Of a stretch of 64,000 bases of DNA, positions 19,226-31,200 are shown one piece after another. Source of the DNA: an uncultured bacterium (GTDB lineage: Bacteria > Acidobacteriota > Thermoanaerobaculia > Multivoradales > JAHZIX01); contig CBDUPA010000026.1 of NCBI GenBank assembly GCA_965368975.1, positions 1 to 64,000 of the forward strand, written 5' to 3'. Both the position numbers and the translations under genes were made by a program. The notes beneath the pieces were generated by a model. The model had not been told where the DNA came from, made no database searches, and was given only the letters and a program-made list of their open reading frames with translations. Within the stretch, counting starts at the first letter, position 1. Every line of letters starts with the position of its first letter.

Positions 19226-22200
19226 GCGGGAGGTACCGAGGTCTTCAGAGGTGGAAGTTTCAGCCTCGGCGTTTCGGGGCGCGTGCGGCGCAGGAAGCCG
19301 GTGCGTTCCAGGTAGTCGAAGTAGGTGGTGAGCAGGGTGTCGTCCGCGGGCGGGCAGACCAGGCCGGCAGCTTGCAGGCGGGCCTGCGAGTGGTGCTGCT
19401 CAAAAGTCGGCTGGCGGTCTTCCTCGAGCGTGTCGCCGAACAGGGCCAGGAAGGAGGCGAGGGCGTTTTCCTGCTGCGCCGCCACGGCGCTGCGCAGGGC
19501 CGTGACCCACTCGCCGTAGGGCACCAGGCGCAGCGGCTGCACATGGACGTTGACCCAGCGGGCCAGCTCGCGGAAAGGCAGCGTCCGGCGGTTGTAGAAG
19601 TGGTAGGCGCGGCCGAGTGTGCCTGTTCCGAGGTTGCCGCTATCGAGGTCCGTCGCCAGATCCGCCGCCAGGCAGACGATCGCCTTGGCCAGGTAGTCGA
19701 CGGGCATCAGGTCGATGGCGTGGGCGATGTCGGGCGCCAGGCCCAGTTGCACGCAGCCCTTGATCCAGCTGTAGAAGAGATCCTGGGTGTTGGCGGCGCC
19801 GCTGGACGCCGCACCGGAGACGCGGGCGGGACGCAGGATGTTGACCGGCAGACCGCGCTCGCGCGCTTGTTCGCACAGCTGCTCGGCGACCCACTTGCTC
19901 TGCTCGTAGCCCTTGTCCAGGCCATCCGGGCTCGGCGCGTCGTCTTCGGTCACCGTCGTGCCTTCGTAGGCTGGTTGCAGGAACAGGCCGAGCGTCGAGA
20001 CGAAGTGCACCGGTCGCGCGCCGTCGAGGGACGCTAGGCGCAGCACTTCCTCGGTCCCGTGGACATTGATGGCTTCGAGCGCGCTATAGGGGCGCACGAA
20101 GTCGACCGCGGCGGCGTTGTGGTGCAGTTCGCCGAGCTGGGCTGCCAGGCGCGCGAAGGCGGCGGCGTCGAGGCCCAGGCGCGGCTGGCTGAGGTCGCCG
20201 AGTACCGGCACCAGGCGTGCTGCATCCTTGCGCCCGGCGTCGCCCCGAGACTCGATGTCGCTCCACAGGTCATAGGCTTCGAGATTGCGCTGGATGCGCT
20301 GGCGTCCGGCCTCGATGGTGTCCGCGCGCACCAGGATGTAGATGTCACCGTTGCGGGCGCGCAGCAGCTCGTCGATCAGGTAGGCGCCGAGGAAGCCGGT
20401 GCCGCCAGTGACCAGCACGCCGGTGCCGGTGGGTCGGTCCTTCTCCGGACGGGGCTGCCCGGGACGGGACTCCCTCGGCTGGATCGCCGGGTCGAGGACG
20501 GCGCGAGCGCGCAGGTCGAGGGTTTGTGTCTCGCCCGCCCGCAGCGCCTCGACGACGCGAGCGAAGGCAGCGACGGTCGTGGCCTCGAACAGCTTGGTCA
20601 GTGGGATCTCCAGGAGCAGCTCCAGCTGCATGCGGCTAGCCAGCTGCATGGCGAGCAGGGAGCTGCCACCGGCGGCGAAGAAGTCGTCCTCGACCCCCAG
20701 TTGCGGCGCGGACAGCAGCTCGCGCCAGATCTCCAACAGCTGTGCCTCTAGCGGTGTGCGCGGTGTCACCGGCTCGGCGGTACCGACGGTCGGCGCTGGC
20801 AGAGCGCGCAGGTCGACCTTGCCGTTGGGGGTCAGCGGCAGGACTTCGAGCGGCACGATCGTCGACGGCACCATGTAGGCTGGGAGGTGGTCGGCGAGGA
20901 AGGTGCGCAGGGTGTCGAGGGCGGGTGGGGTGGTCTCTGTCGACTTCGCGACCACGTACCCCACCAACTGCGCCGCTGCTCCCTCACCGAAAGCCACCAC
21001 GACGGCCGACGCCACCTCTGGATGTCGCTGCAGCGTGGCCTCGATCTCACCCAGCTCGATGCGGAAGCCGCGGATCTTGACTTGACGGTCTCGGCGGCCG
21101 AGGAATTCGAGCACGCCTTGTGTGCTGGTGGCGTGCTCTCCGGAACGAACCGGTAGCCAGCGCGCCAGGTCGCCGGTGCGGTAGAGGCGCCCTCCGGGGT
21201 TTCCGCCGACCGGGGAACTGCCTTCGCCGCGGGCGAACGGATCGGGCACGAAGACCTCGGCGGTGCGCGCCGGCAAGCGCAGGTAGCCGAGTGCGATGCC
21301 GGCACCACCCAGGCACAGCTCTCCCGCCACGGACGCTGGCTGCGGCCGCAGATGCGTGTCCAGCACGTAGACGCGCACGTTGGGCAGCGGTGCACCGATC
21401 GGTAGGGCTGGACGCGTCACTTCCGAGCCGTCGCGCGTCGGGTAGGAGGTAGCGCAGACGGTCGCCTCGGTGGGGCCGTAGTGGTTGAACACGCGGGCCC
21501 GCGGCGATGCCAGCTGGGCCCAGGTTGCCAGCTGGTGCGTGTTCACTGCCTCGCCGCCGACCATCATGACTTCCAGGTCCGGCAACACGAGCTGGCGGTT
21601 GCGTGCCCTCCCCTGAGAGGCCAGTTTCTGAGAGACTAGCCAGTCGTCGAGCCAGGCCTTCCACAACGCTACCGCGGTGTCGATCACAGACACGCGGCGG
21701 CGCGTGCAGAAGCGGTCGAGCCGGTCGCCGGTCAGGCGGCCCGGTGCCGGGTGGAAGATCAGGCAGGCGCCGGCCGCCCAAGCGGGGAAGAGGTCGCCCA
21801 CCGAGGCATCGAAGTGCAGTGGCGGTATGGCCAGGAAGCGGTGGGTCTCGCGCAGTCCGTGGTGCTGGACGAAGGCGTACGCCAGGTTGACCGCGCTACG
21901 GTGGCTGACGGCGACCCCCTTGGGGCGGCCGGTCGAGCCTGAGGTGGTGATGACGTAGGCCGGGTAGTCGGGGCTAAAGCCGGCGCTCGAGCTGGTGGGC
22001 AGCGGCGTGGCCGGTGCTGAGTGGCCGCGCGGCGGCACCAGACGGCCTTTGTAACCGGTCAGCCGGGCCGTGCCGATCAGCACGCGGCAGCCGTTGTCTT
22101 CGAGGATCTGGCGCTGGCGCTCGGCCGGGGCGCCCGGATCCAGGGGGAGGTAGGCGGCGCCCGCCAGGTGGATCGCGACGATGGCGACCATGGCGTTGCA

Positions 22201-25200
22201 AGAACCCGGCAGCGCCAGCCCGACCAGGTCGCCGGGGGCGACACCGGTGCGTCGCAGGCGCGCGGCCAGGGCCCGTGCGTGGCGCACGAGGTGACCGTAG
22301 CTCAACCGCCCGTCGGCCGCCTCCACGGCAATCGCATGGGGGCGCCGCGTGGCTTGACGCAGCACCAGGTCGTGCAAGCAGTCGTGCGGTGTCGCCTCGG
22401 GAACGGCGAGGGACTGCCGCCAGTCGACCGTCGTGGCGTTCCACTCGACCACCACGCGTGTGGCCTCCGCCGGGCTCATCACTGGCAGTGCCGCAACATC
22501 AATGCCATCGGCTTGCGACGCGACCGCCGCCAGCAGCGTCTGGAAGCCGTCGATCAAGCGCTCGATGGTGTCGGTTTCGAACAGGTCGGTGCTGAAGTCG
22601 ATGAGGCCAGCCAGCTGGCCATTGCCCTCCTTGGTCCCTGCTTGCGGCGCCTGCTCCTCCAGAGAGAGGGTCAGGTCGAAGTGCGAAGTCTCAGAGTCGG
22701 GTTCCAGCATCTCGAAGGGGATGCCGGCGAAATCGTCGCCCACGGGCGGCGTGTTGTGGAACACCAGCATCACCTGGAACAGCGGGTTGACGCCCGCGTC
22801 ACGCTGTGGCCGCAGCTCGCTGACCAGGCGCTCGAAGGGCAGTTCCTGGTTGGCGAAGCCGCCGGTCACCACTTCTTTGACCCGCGCTACCAGACGTGCG
22901 AAGTCGGAGTTCGGATCGATCACGGTGCGCAGCACCACGGTGTTGACGAAGAAGCCGATCAGTTCCTGCGTGCGCGGCTCTTCGCGGTTGGCCACCGGCG
23001 TGCCGACGCACACGTCCCACTGTCCGCTCCAACGCGCCAGCAGCAGCTGGAAGGCGGCGAGTACGACCGGGAACATCGTCGCTTTGGCTTGGCGGGCGAG
23101 CGTGCGCAGGCCGGCGAGGACGGAGCCCGGCACGCTGAAAGTGAGGCGGCGGCCTCGGAAGCTGTGCACGGACGGGCGGGCGTGGTCGAGCGGCAGTTCG
23201 AGGATCGGTGGCGCACCCGCCAATTGCCGGCGCCAGTACTCCAGCTGAGGCGCCAAGCCGTCCTGGCCTGGCGCGCTCGCCTTGCCGGCTTCATCCAAAC
23301 GTCGACGTTGCCAGACGGCGTAGTCTGCGTACTGGATCGGCAGCTCGGGCAAGCGTGCCGCGGCGGTGTCGTCTGTCCCGGATTGCTGACTGTACAAGGC
23401 CGCCAGGTCGCGGAACAGGACGCGGCCGGACCAGCCGTCGAGGATCGAGTGGTGCATCGTCAGACCGAGGTAGCAGGCCTCTTGGCTCTTGCTCTTGCTC
23501 TCGTCATCATCCGCGGCCTCTTCCCGGACGTGCCACAGCCGAGCTCGCCACAGCGGTGCCCGCGCCAGGTCCATCGGCCGTGCCAGGTCGCGCAGCGTCT
23601 GCTGGCGCACGAAGGTCTCGGCGCCACGAATACGCCGCAGGTCGATCACCGGTAGCTCGACGGGGCCGGGCTCTTCGATTCGCTGTACCGGCTTGCCGTC
23701 GTCGAGCACGAAGGCGGTGCGCAGCACTTCGTGGCGGCGCGCCAGCTCGGCCAGCGCGCGCCTCAGGGCGCCGGCGTCGAGCCGCCCGTGCAGGTGTAGC
23801 ACTACCGGCAGGTTGTAGGCCGCCGAGCCGCCGTCTCCATCCCCGTCGGCACCCAATTGTGCGAGTAGCCACAAGCGTTCCTGGCTGTCCGACAGCGGTA
23901 GCGGTTGGCTGCGGGGTGCCGGCGCCAGCTCGCCAGTCATCGGCCGCCGGGCGTCGATCAGGGCTGCTTGTTCGGCGACCGTCGGTGCCTTGCCCAGGAT
24001 CTCGGTCGCTCGAACCTCGACGCCGAAGCGGCGACGCAGAAGGTGCGCCAGCTGCGTGGCGAGCAGGGAGTGGCCACCGAGGTCGAGGAATTCGGCGTCG
24101 GGATCGACGGTCTCGAGGCCCAGTAGCTCGCGCCAGGCGTCGGCGACGGCTGCCGTCGTCCCCCCGAGGGGTACTGCGTCGGGCGTGCGAGCGGGCTCGG
24201 CTGGCCCAGGCCCGACATGCCCAGGCCCGACAGATCCAGGTGCGGCATCCTCCGCTGGAACCATCCCAGGAGTCGTGGCGCCGCGCCGCCCCGGCTCGAT
24301 CCAGCAGCGCTGGCGTTCGAAGGGGTAGGTCGGCAGCACCACGCGGCGCCGTTCCTGGCCGGCCCAGAAGGTGTTTGGATCCACGTCGACACCAAGCAGC
24401 CACAGCCGGCCGACGGCTTCCAACACCTGCGCCAGGTCCGACGTCTCGTCGCGTGGATGCGGCAAGGTGCGGATGACGGGGTGATTCGTTCCTTGCGACT
24501 CGTTGCGGCGCACCAGGGTCGACAGCGTGTGCCCGGGGCCGAGCTCCAACAGCACGATGCCGCCCGGCTCGCTCTGGTGCAGCTCGAACAGGCGTTGCAG
24601 GCTGTCGCCGAAGCGCACGGCGTGGCGCAGGTGACGCGTCCAGTAGTCGATCGACGCGGCCTCGGCGGGCTCGATCCAGCGGCCGGTGATGCAGGAGACG
24701 AACGGACGCTCGGGGGTCTTGGGAGCGGCGTGCTCGACCTCGGCGCGGTAGGCGTCGAGGATGGGTTCCATCAGCAAGGAGTGGGCGGCGGTGGTCAAGT
24801 GTAGGCGCCGGGTCTCGATCTCCTCCGCGGCCAACGTGGTCTCGAAAGCCTCGATGGCCGCGACCGTGCCGGCCACCACACAGTCGGATGGGCTGTTGAC
24901 GGTCGCCAGGGACAGCGTTTCAGCCATCCCGGTTTCGCGCAGCCGGGCCTCGACCTCGGCTGCCGGCCGGGTGACGGCGAGCATGGCGCCCGTCGGTGTC
25001 GCGGCCATCAGGCGACCGCGCGCGGCGACCAGTCGCAGTGCCGTGTCGCGCTCGAAGACACCGGCCAGCGTTGCGGCCACCAGCTCGCCCAGGCTGTGGC
25101 CGAGCATGGCTCGCGGCTCGATGCCCCAGCTTTGCCACAGCTGCGCCAGCGCGTACTCGACCAGGAACAGGGCCGGCTGCCCCAGGTCGAGTGTTGCCAG

Positions 25201-28200
25201 ACGGCGCTGGGCGTCCTCGGCTGTGTGTTCGGAGGTATCACCGGTGGCCAGGATCAGCTCACGCAGGTCGAGGCCGAGCAGTGGCTCGAGCAGCGCGCAG
25301 CCTTCGTCCAGCTGGCGGCGGAAGACCTCTTCGTTGGCGTACAGCTGGCGCGCCATGCCGGCATGCTGGGTGCCCTGTCCTGCGAAGAGAAACACCACGG
25401 ACGGTGGGCTCGGCGGTAGCTGGCCGAGCTGGCGCGCGCGCGGAGTGAGACCCCGCAGCTGCTGCACCGCCTGCGCCGGATCAGCCGCATCGACGATGGT
25501 CGTCAGGCGATGCTCGAAGTCCTTGCGACCGCGGTGCAGGGTGAAGGCGATGTCGGCGAAGTCGAGGCCTGCTGGTGATGCCGGCTGTTCCTCGAGGTGC
25601 TGGGCCAGACTGGCAGCATTGGCTTCCAAGGCTGCGGCCGTGCGGGCCGACAGGCGCAGCAGTTGCATGGGGTGACCCGGCCTGTCTGCGGCGCTCTCGG
25701 AAGCTGCCTCTTCCAGGATCACATGCGCGTTGGTGCCGCCGATGCCGAAGGCCGAGACCGCGGCGCGGCGCGGCGTCTCGCCCGCCGGCCAGGGTCGCGC
25801 CTCGGCTGGCACGTAGAAGGGCGAATCTTCGAGGTCGAGTTCCGGGTTGGGTGTCTGGAAGTGCAGGTTGGGTGGGATCTGCCGGTGCTGCAACGACAGC
25901 GCGGCCCGGATCAGGCCACCGACGCCGGCCGCGGTGTCCATGTGGCCGACCTGCGTCTTGAACGACGACAGCGCGATCGACTGCTCCTCCACGTGGGTTT
26001 GCTGTGTGTACGCGCGACGCAGCGCGTCGACCTCGATCGGGTCGCCGAGCACGGTGCCGGTGCCGTGACACTCGACGTAGCCCAGGCTGGCCGGTGCCAC
26101 GCCGGCCCGCTGCAACGCCTTGACGATCACCCGCGTCTGCCCCTCGATGCTGGGCGCCGTGTAGCCAACCTTGGCGTCGCCGTCGTTGTTGATCGCCGTG
26201 CCCTTGATCACGGCCACGATCGGGTCGCCGTCGGCGCGCGCGTCGGCCAGGCGCTTGAGCACCACCATGCCGGCGCCGCTCGACTCGACGGTGCCGCCGG
26301 CACGGGCGTCGAAGGCGCGGCAGTGACCGTCCGGCGAGGCGATGCTGTCGGCCACGTGCAGGTAGCCGACGCCGTGCGGGATCTGCAGCGTGCAACCGCC
26401 CGCCAGCGCCATGTCGCAGTCGCCGGAGAGCAGGCTCTGGCACGCCAGGTGGACCGCCACCAGTGAGGTCGAGCAGGCGGTCTGCACCGATACCGCCGGG
26501 CCGCGCAGGCCGAGCTTGTAGGCGACGCGCGTGGCGGTGAAGTCCGGGCCGGTGGCGATCATCGATTGCACTTCGCCCTGCTGGTGCAGGATCTCTGGCC
26601 GCGTCAGCAGGTGCTTGACCAGATAGCCCGGCCCGCCTATCCCGGCGAAGACGCCGACTTCGCCGGGATAGGTGTCGCCAGCCCAGCCGGCCCGTTCGAG
26701 CGCTTCCCAGGCGCACTCGAGCAGCAGGCGCTGCTGCGGGTCGGTGAGCGCGGCTTCGCGAGCCCCGAAGTCGAAGAAGGCTGCGTCGAAATCGCGGATG
26801 TGGTCGACCTTGGTCCCGGCCGGCACGTAGTCCGGGTCGTCCACCCGCGCCGGATCTTCGCCCGCTTGCAGCAACTGCTCGCGGTCGAAGCGCTCGATCG
26901 CCTCGACGCCGTCGGTGATGCACCGCCACAGCGCGTCGATGTCCGGGGCGTGCGGGAAGCGGCCGGCCACCGCGACGATGGCGATGTCACGCCCGCTCGC
27001 GCTACCTGCTGCCGCCGTCGGGTGCCGTTCTGGTAGGAGCTGTTCTGGTGAGTGGACGGGGCGAGCGGATGCCGACTTGTCTCCCCCCGGCGCGCCGAGG
27101 AACCCCGCCAGCCGTCGTACGGTCGTGTGTTGGAGCAAGTCCAGGATGCGCACGCGCGGCCAGCGCTGCTTGAGGCGCAAGTGCAGGCGCGGCAGCAGCA
27201 GCGAATGGCCGCCGAGGTCGAAGAAGTTCTTGTCCGCCGGCACCGCGTCGAGGCCGAGTACCTGCCGCCAGAGTTCGGCGACGAACGCCTCCGCCTCGTC
27301 GGCCGGTGGCGCTCCCGCGGCCGTCTCGTGCTGCTCGTCTGGCAGCGGTCGCAGTGCCAGCGCCTTGCGGTCGATCTTGCCATTGGGGGTCAGCGGTAGT
27401 TCGTCGAGGCGGTCGAAGACCGCCGGCATCATGTAGCCGGGCAGGCGGGCGGCGGCGAAATCGCGCAGATCGGCGTCGGAGACGGTGGTCCCCGCTCCCG
27501 CGATGACATAGGCCACCAACCGCTGTCCGCGCACCAGCACTGCCGCCCCCGTCACCGATGGATGACGGCGCAGCGCGGCTTCGACTTCCCCCAGCTCGAT
27601 GCGATACCCGTGCAGCTTGACTTGGTGGTCCAGTCGGCCGAGGAGCTCCAGCTCGCCATCGGCCCGCCAGCGAGCGCGGTCACCGGTGCGATAGAGCCGC
27701 TGACCGGCCTTGCCGAAGGGATCGGGCAAGTAACGCTCGGCGGTCAGGCCGGGCCGGCCGAGGTAGGCGCGTGTCACGCCCTCGCCCGCCAGCATCAGCT
27801 CGCCGAGGACGCCGATGGGCACCGCCTCGCCGCGCGCGTCGAGCACGTGGACCTGGGTGTTGTCGATTGGACCACCGATCGTCGGCTCGGCGTCACGGCC
27901 GCGCGATAGCAGCTTGCCCGATAGCAGCTTGCCCGGCACCAGCGAATACGTCGAGTAGGTGGTGTCCTCGGAAGGACCATAGAGGTTGTAGACCTTCACC
28001 GCCTTCGATGCCGCGTACACCTGGTCGACCAGCGCCCGCCGCAGGGGTTCGCCGGCCAGGTTGATCACCCGTGCGGAGTCTGGGATGCCTTCGGCGGCGG
28101 CGAGCTCGGCGATGGCCGAGGGCACGGTGTTGAGCAGCGTGACGCGCTCGCGGGCGGGGTGTTCGAGCAGATGCAGCGCGTCGCGAGCCAGGATCACCGT

Positions 28201-31200
28201 GCCGCCTTGGGTCAGCGGCAGGAACAGCTCGTAGATCGACAGGTCGAAGCACACCGAGGTCACTGCCGCCACGCCCGCCAGCTCGTCCGGCGGGAAGATA
28301 CGCGCCGCCCAAGTCAGCATGGCGACGGCGTTGCGGTGGCTGATCTCGACACCTTTGGGGCGGCCGGTCGAGCCGGAGGTATAGATGAAGTAGGCGCGCT
28401 GCCGCGGGTCGACGCGGGACGCTGCCGGGGCTGCCGCTGCGTCTGCTGTCGGCGCCGCGAGGTCCAGCTCGTCGAGGAACAGCAGTTCTGGCCCCTTGGC
28501 CGTTTCGTCGGAGGGCTTGTCGACCAGCTCATCGAACAAATGGGCCAGCGCGCGGTCGGTGAGCACGCGTCGAGCACGCGTGTCCTGCACCATGAAGGCG
28601 AGGCGCTGCGGTGGGTAGGTGGGGTCGAGGGGCAGGTAGCTGCCACCCGCTTCCAGCACCGCCAGCAGGGCGACGACCAGTTCGGGCGTGCGCGGCAGGC
28701 AGACCGCCACCGCCTCCTCGGGCGCCACGCCGCGCCGACGCAGTAGCGCGGCCAGTCGGTGTACCCGCTGCCACAGCTGGGCGTAGGCCAGGGTCTCGAC
28801 CGCCTCGGAGGTTCCTCCGGAGGTCCCCTCGGCGACTCCTTCGGCGATCAGCGCCGTCTGCGCTGGCGTCTGTGCCGCCTGCTGGGCCACCAGAGCGTGC
28901 AGCGTCACATCGGGCGGCAGCGGGCGCTCGGTGCGGTTGACCAGGTCGATCAGCTGGCGGTCGGCGGCCGGTACCAGCGGTAGTCGCCAAAGCGGCAGTT
29001 CGGGGTGGTCGAGCACGCCCTGGAGCAGCAGTCGATAGGCCTCGAACAGGCGTTCGATGGTGGTGGCGTCGAACAGTGCGGTGGCGTACTCGACGGACAC
29101 GCGCAATCCCTCGGCGCGGTCGAAGATGGTCACTTCGACGTCGAACTTGGCCGTGCCGCTGTGGCCGTGGAGCGGGCGCTGGTCGAGCCCGGGAAGCGAC
29201 GGGGCCAGTTCCATCGCCAGCACCTGGAACAGCACCTGGAAGAACGGCGTGCGTGCGGCATCGCGCGTCGGTTCGAGCTCCTGCACCAGCCGCTCGAAGG
29301 GCAGCGCCTGGTGGATCTGCGCTCCCACCACCGTCTGGCGCGTGTTGGCCAGCAGATCGGCGAAAGTGCGGTTGCCATGCTCTGCAGCGGCCAGGTCGAG
29401 GCGCAGTACCAGGGTGTTGGCGAACAGGCCCACCAGGTTCTCGAACTCGGTGCGGTAGCGGCCGGCCGACGGCGTGCCTACAGCCAGGTCGTGGTGGCCG
29501 CTGAAGCGTGCGAAGAGGACGTAGAAGGCAGCGAGAAGTGCCGTGAACAGCGTCTCACCGTGCTGGCGGGCGAGGCCACGCAGGCCCTCGGACAGCTCGC
29601 CGGGCAGGGTCACTACATGCAGTGCGCCGTCCGCCTGCTGCACCCTCGGCCGTGGTCGGTCCGCGGGCAGGTCGGCCGGCTCCAGACCATCGAGCTGACG
29701 GCGCCAGTAGGTCACCAGTCGCTGCTGCTCGGCTTCCTCCAGCCAGCTCGCCTGCCAGGCGGCGAAGTCGGCGTACTGCAGCTCGGGCTCGGGTAGCGGT
29801 GACGCTTGCCCCTGGTGGAAGACGTTGTAGAGCTGCGACATCTCCTTGGCGATCAGGTCCTGCGACCAGCCGTCCGTGGCGATGTGGTGGATGTTGAGGA
29901 TCAAGACGTGCAGCTCGGCACCTGCCCTCAGCAGACGCGTGCGCCATACCGCGTCGTGCTCCAGGTCGAAGGGCGCGCCGGCTTCTCGCGCCACCAAGTC
30001 CCTGGACTTGCGCTGGCGGTCGGCGTCCTGGAGGCCGCTCAGGTCGACGATCTCGAGGTGCCAGGGCCGTGGCGGATCGACCAGCGCCACCGGCTCGCCG
30101 TCGCGACTGCCGTAGCGCGTGCGCAGCACGGCATGGCGGCGGGCGACATCGGCCAGGGCGCGGTCGAGGGCCTGGATGTCGAGGGCACCGTGTAGCTCGA
30201 AGGCGGAAGGGATGTTGTAGAGCGCCGAACTCAGCTCCAGCTGGTGTAGGAACCACAGTCGCCGCTGGCCGAAGGAGAGCGGTGCTGGCCGCGTCGGGTC
30301 GAGGCGCGGAATCGGTGGCAGCGCCGCCGCCGTCGAGGTGCCGGCCGCCTGGACCTCTTGGATGCGCCGCGCCAGCGCGGCGACGGTGGGGTGCTCGAAG
30401 ATCTCGTGCAGCGACAGTTCCAGGCCCAGGATGTCGCGCACGCGAGCCAGCAGCTGGGTAGCCAGCAGCGAGTGACCACCGAGGGCGAAGAAGCTGGTCT
30501 CGACGCCCACCCGCTCGGCGCCCAGCACCTCGCACCATAGCGCCGCGATTTGTCGCTCGAGATCGTTGCGCGGCTCGACCAACTCAGCCTCGCTGACGCC
30601 AGCGTGTTCGAAGTCGAAGGCCGGCAGGGCTCGCCGATCGACCTTGCCATTGGCGTTCAATGGCAGTTCATGAAGGAACTGGAAGCCGGTGGGGACCAGG
30701 TACTCCGGCATGCTCTGCCCGAGGAACGACCGCAGCTCTTCGACGCTCGGTGCCGCGACCTCGGCTCCAATCACGACGAAGGCCACCAGCCGCTTGGAGC
30801 CTCGGCCGTCGTCCTGCATCACCACCGCCCGCTCCTTGATCGCCGGGTGCTGACCCAGCTGCGCCTCGATCTCACCCAGCTCGACGCGGAAGCCGCGCAC
30901 CTTCACCTGGTGGTCGATGCGGCCGATGTAGTCCAGCACCCCGCTGGGTAGCCAGCGCACCAGGTCGCCGGTGCGGTAGACGCGCGCGCCAGGCTGCTCG
31001 TGACCCACGCGTGCCGAGCAGGGATGGGGGATGAAGACGCCCGCGGTCAGCGCCGGTCGCCGGTGGTAGCCCTGCGCCAGACCGGGGCCACCGACCACCA
31101 GCTCGCCCGCTGCACCAATTGGTGCCGGCCGTTGCCAGCGGTCGAGCACCAGTACCTCGGTGTTGCCGACCGGCTCGCCGATCGGTACCGACGTCGCGCC

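Noticed and set aside
19300-20420. R domain as an inactive R* Dieckmann cyclase
   Set aside because: The NADPH-binding motif and catalytic Ser/Thr-Tyr-Lys are all present.
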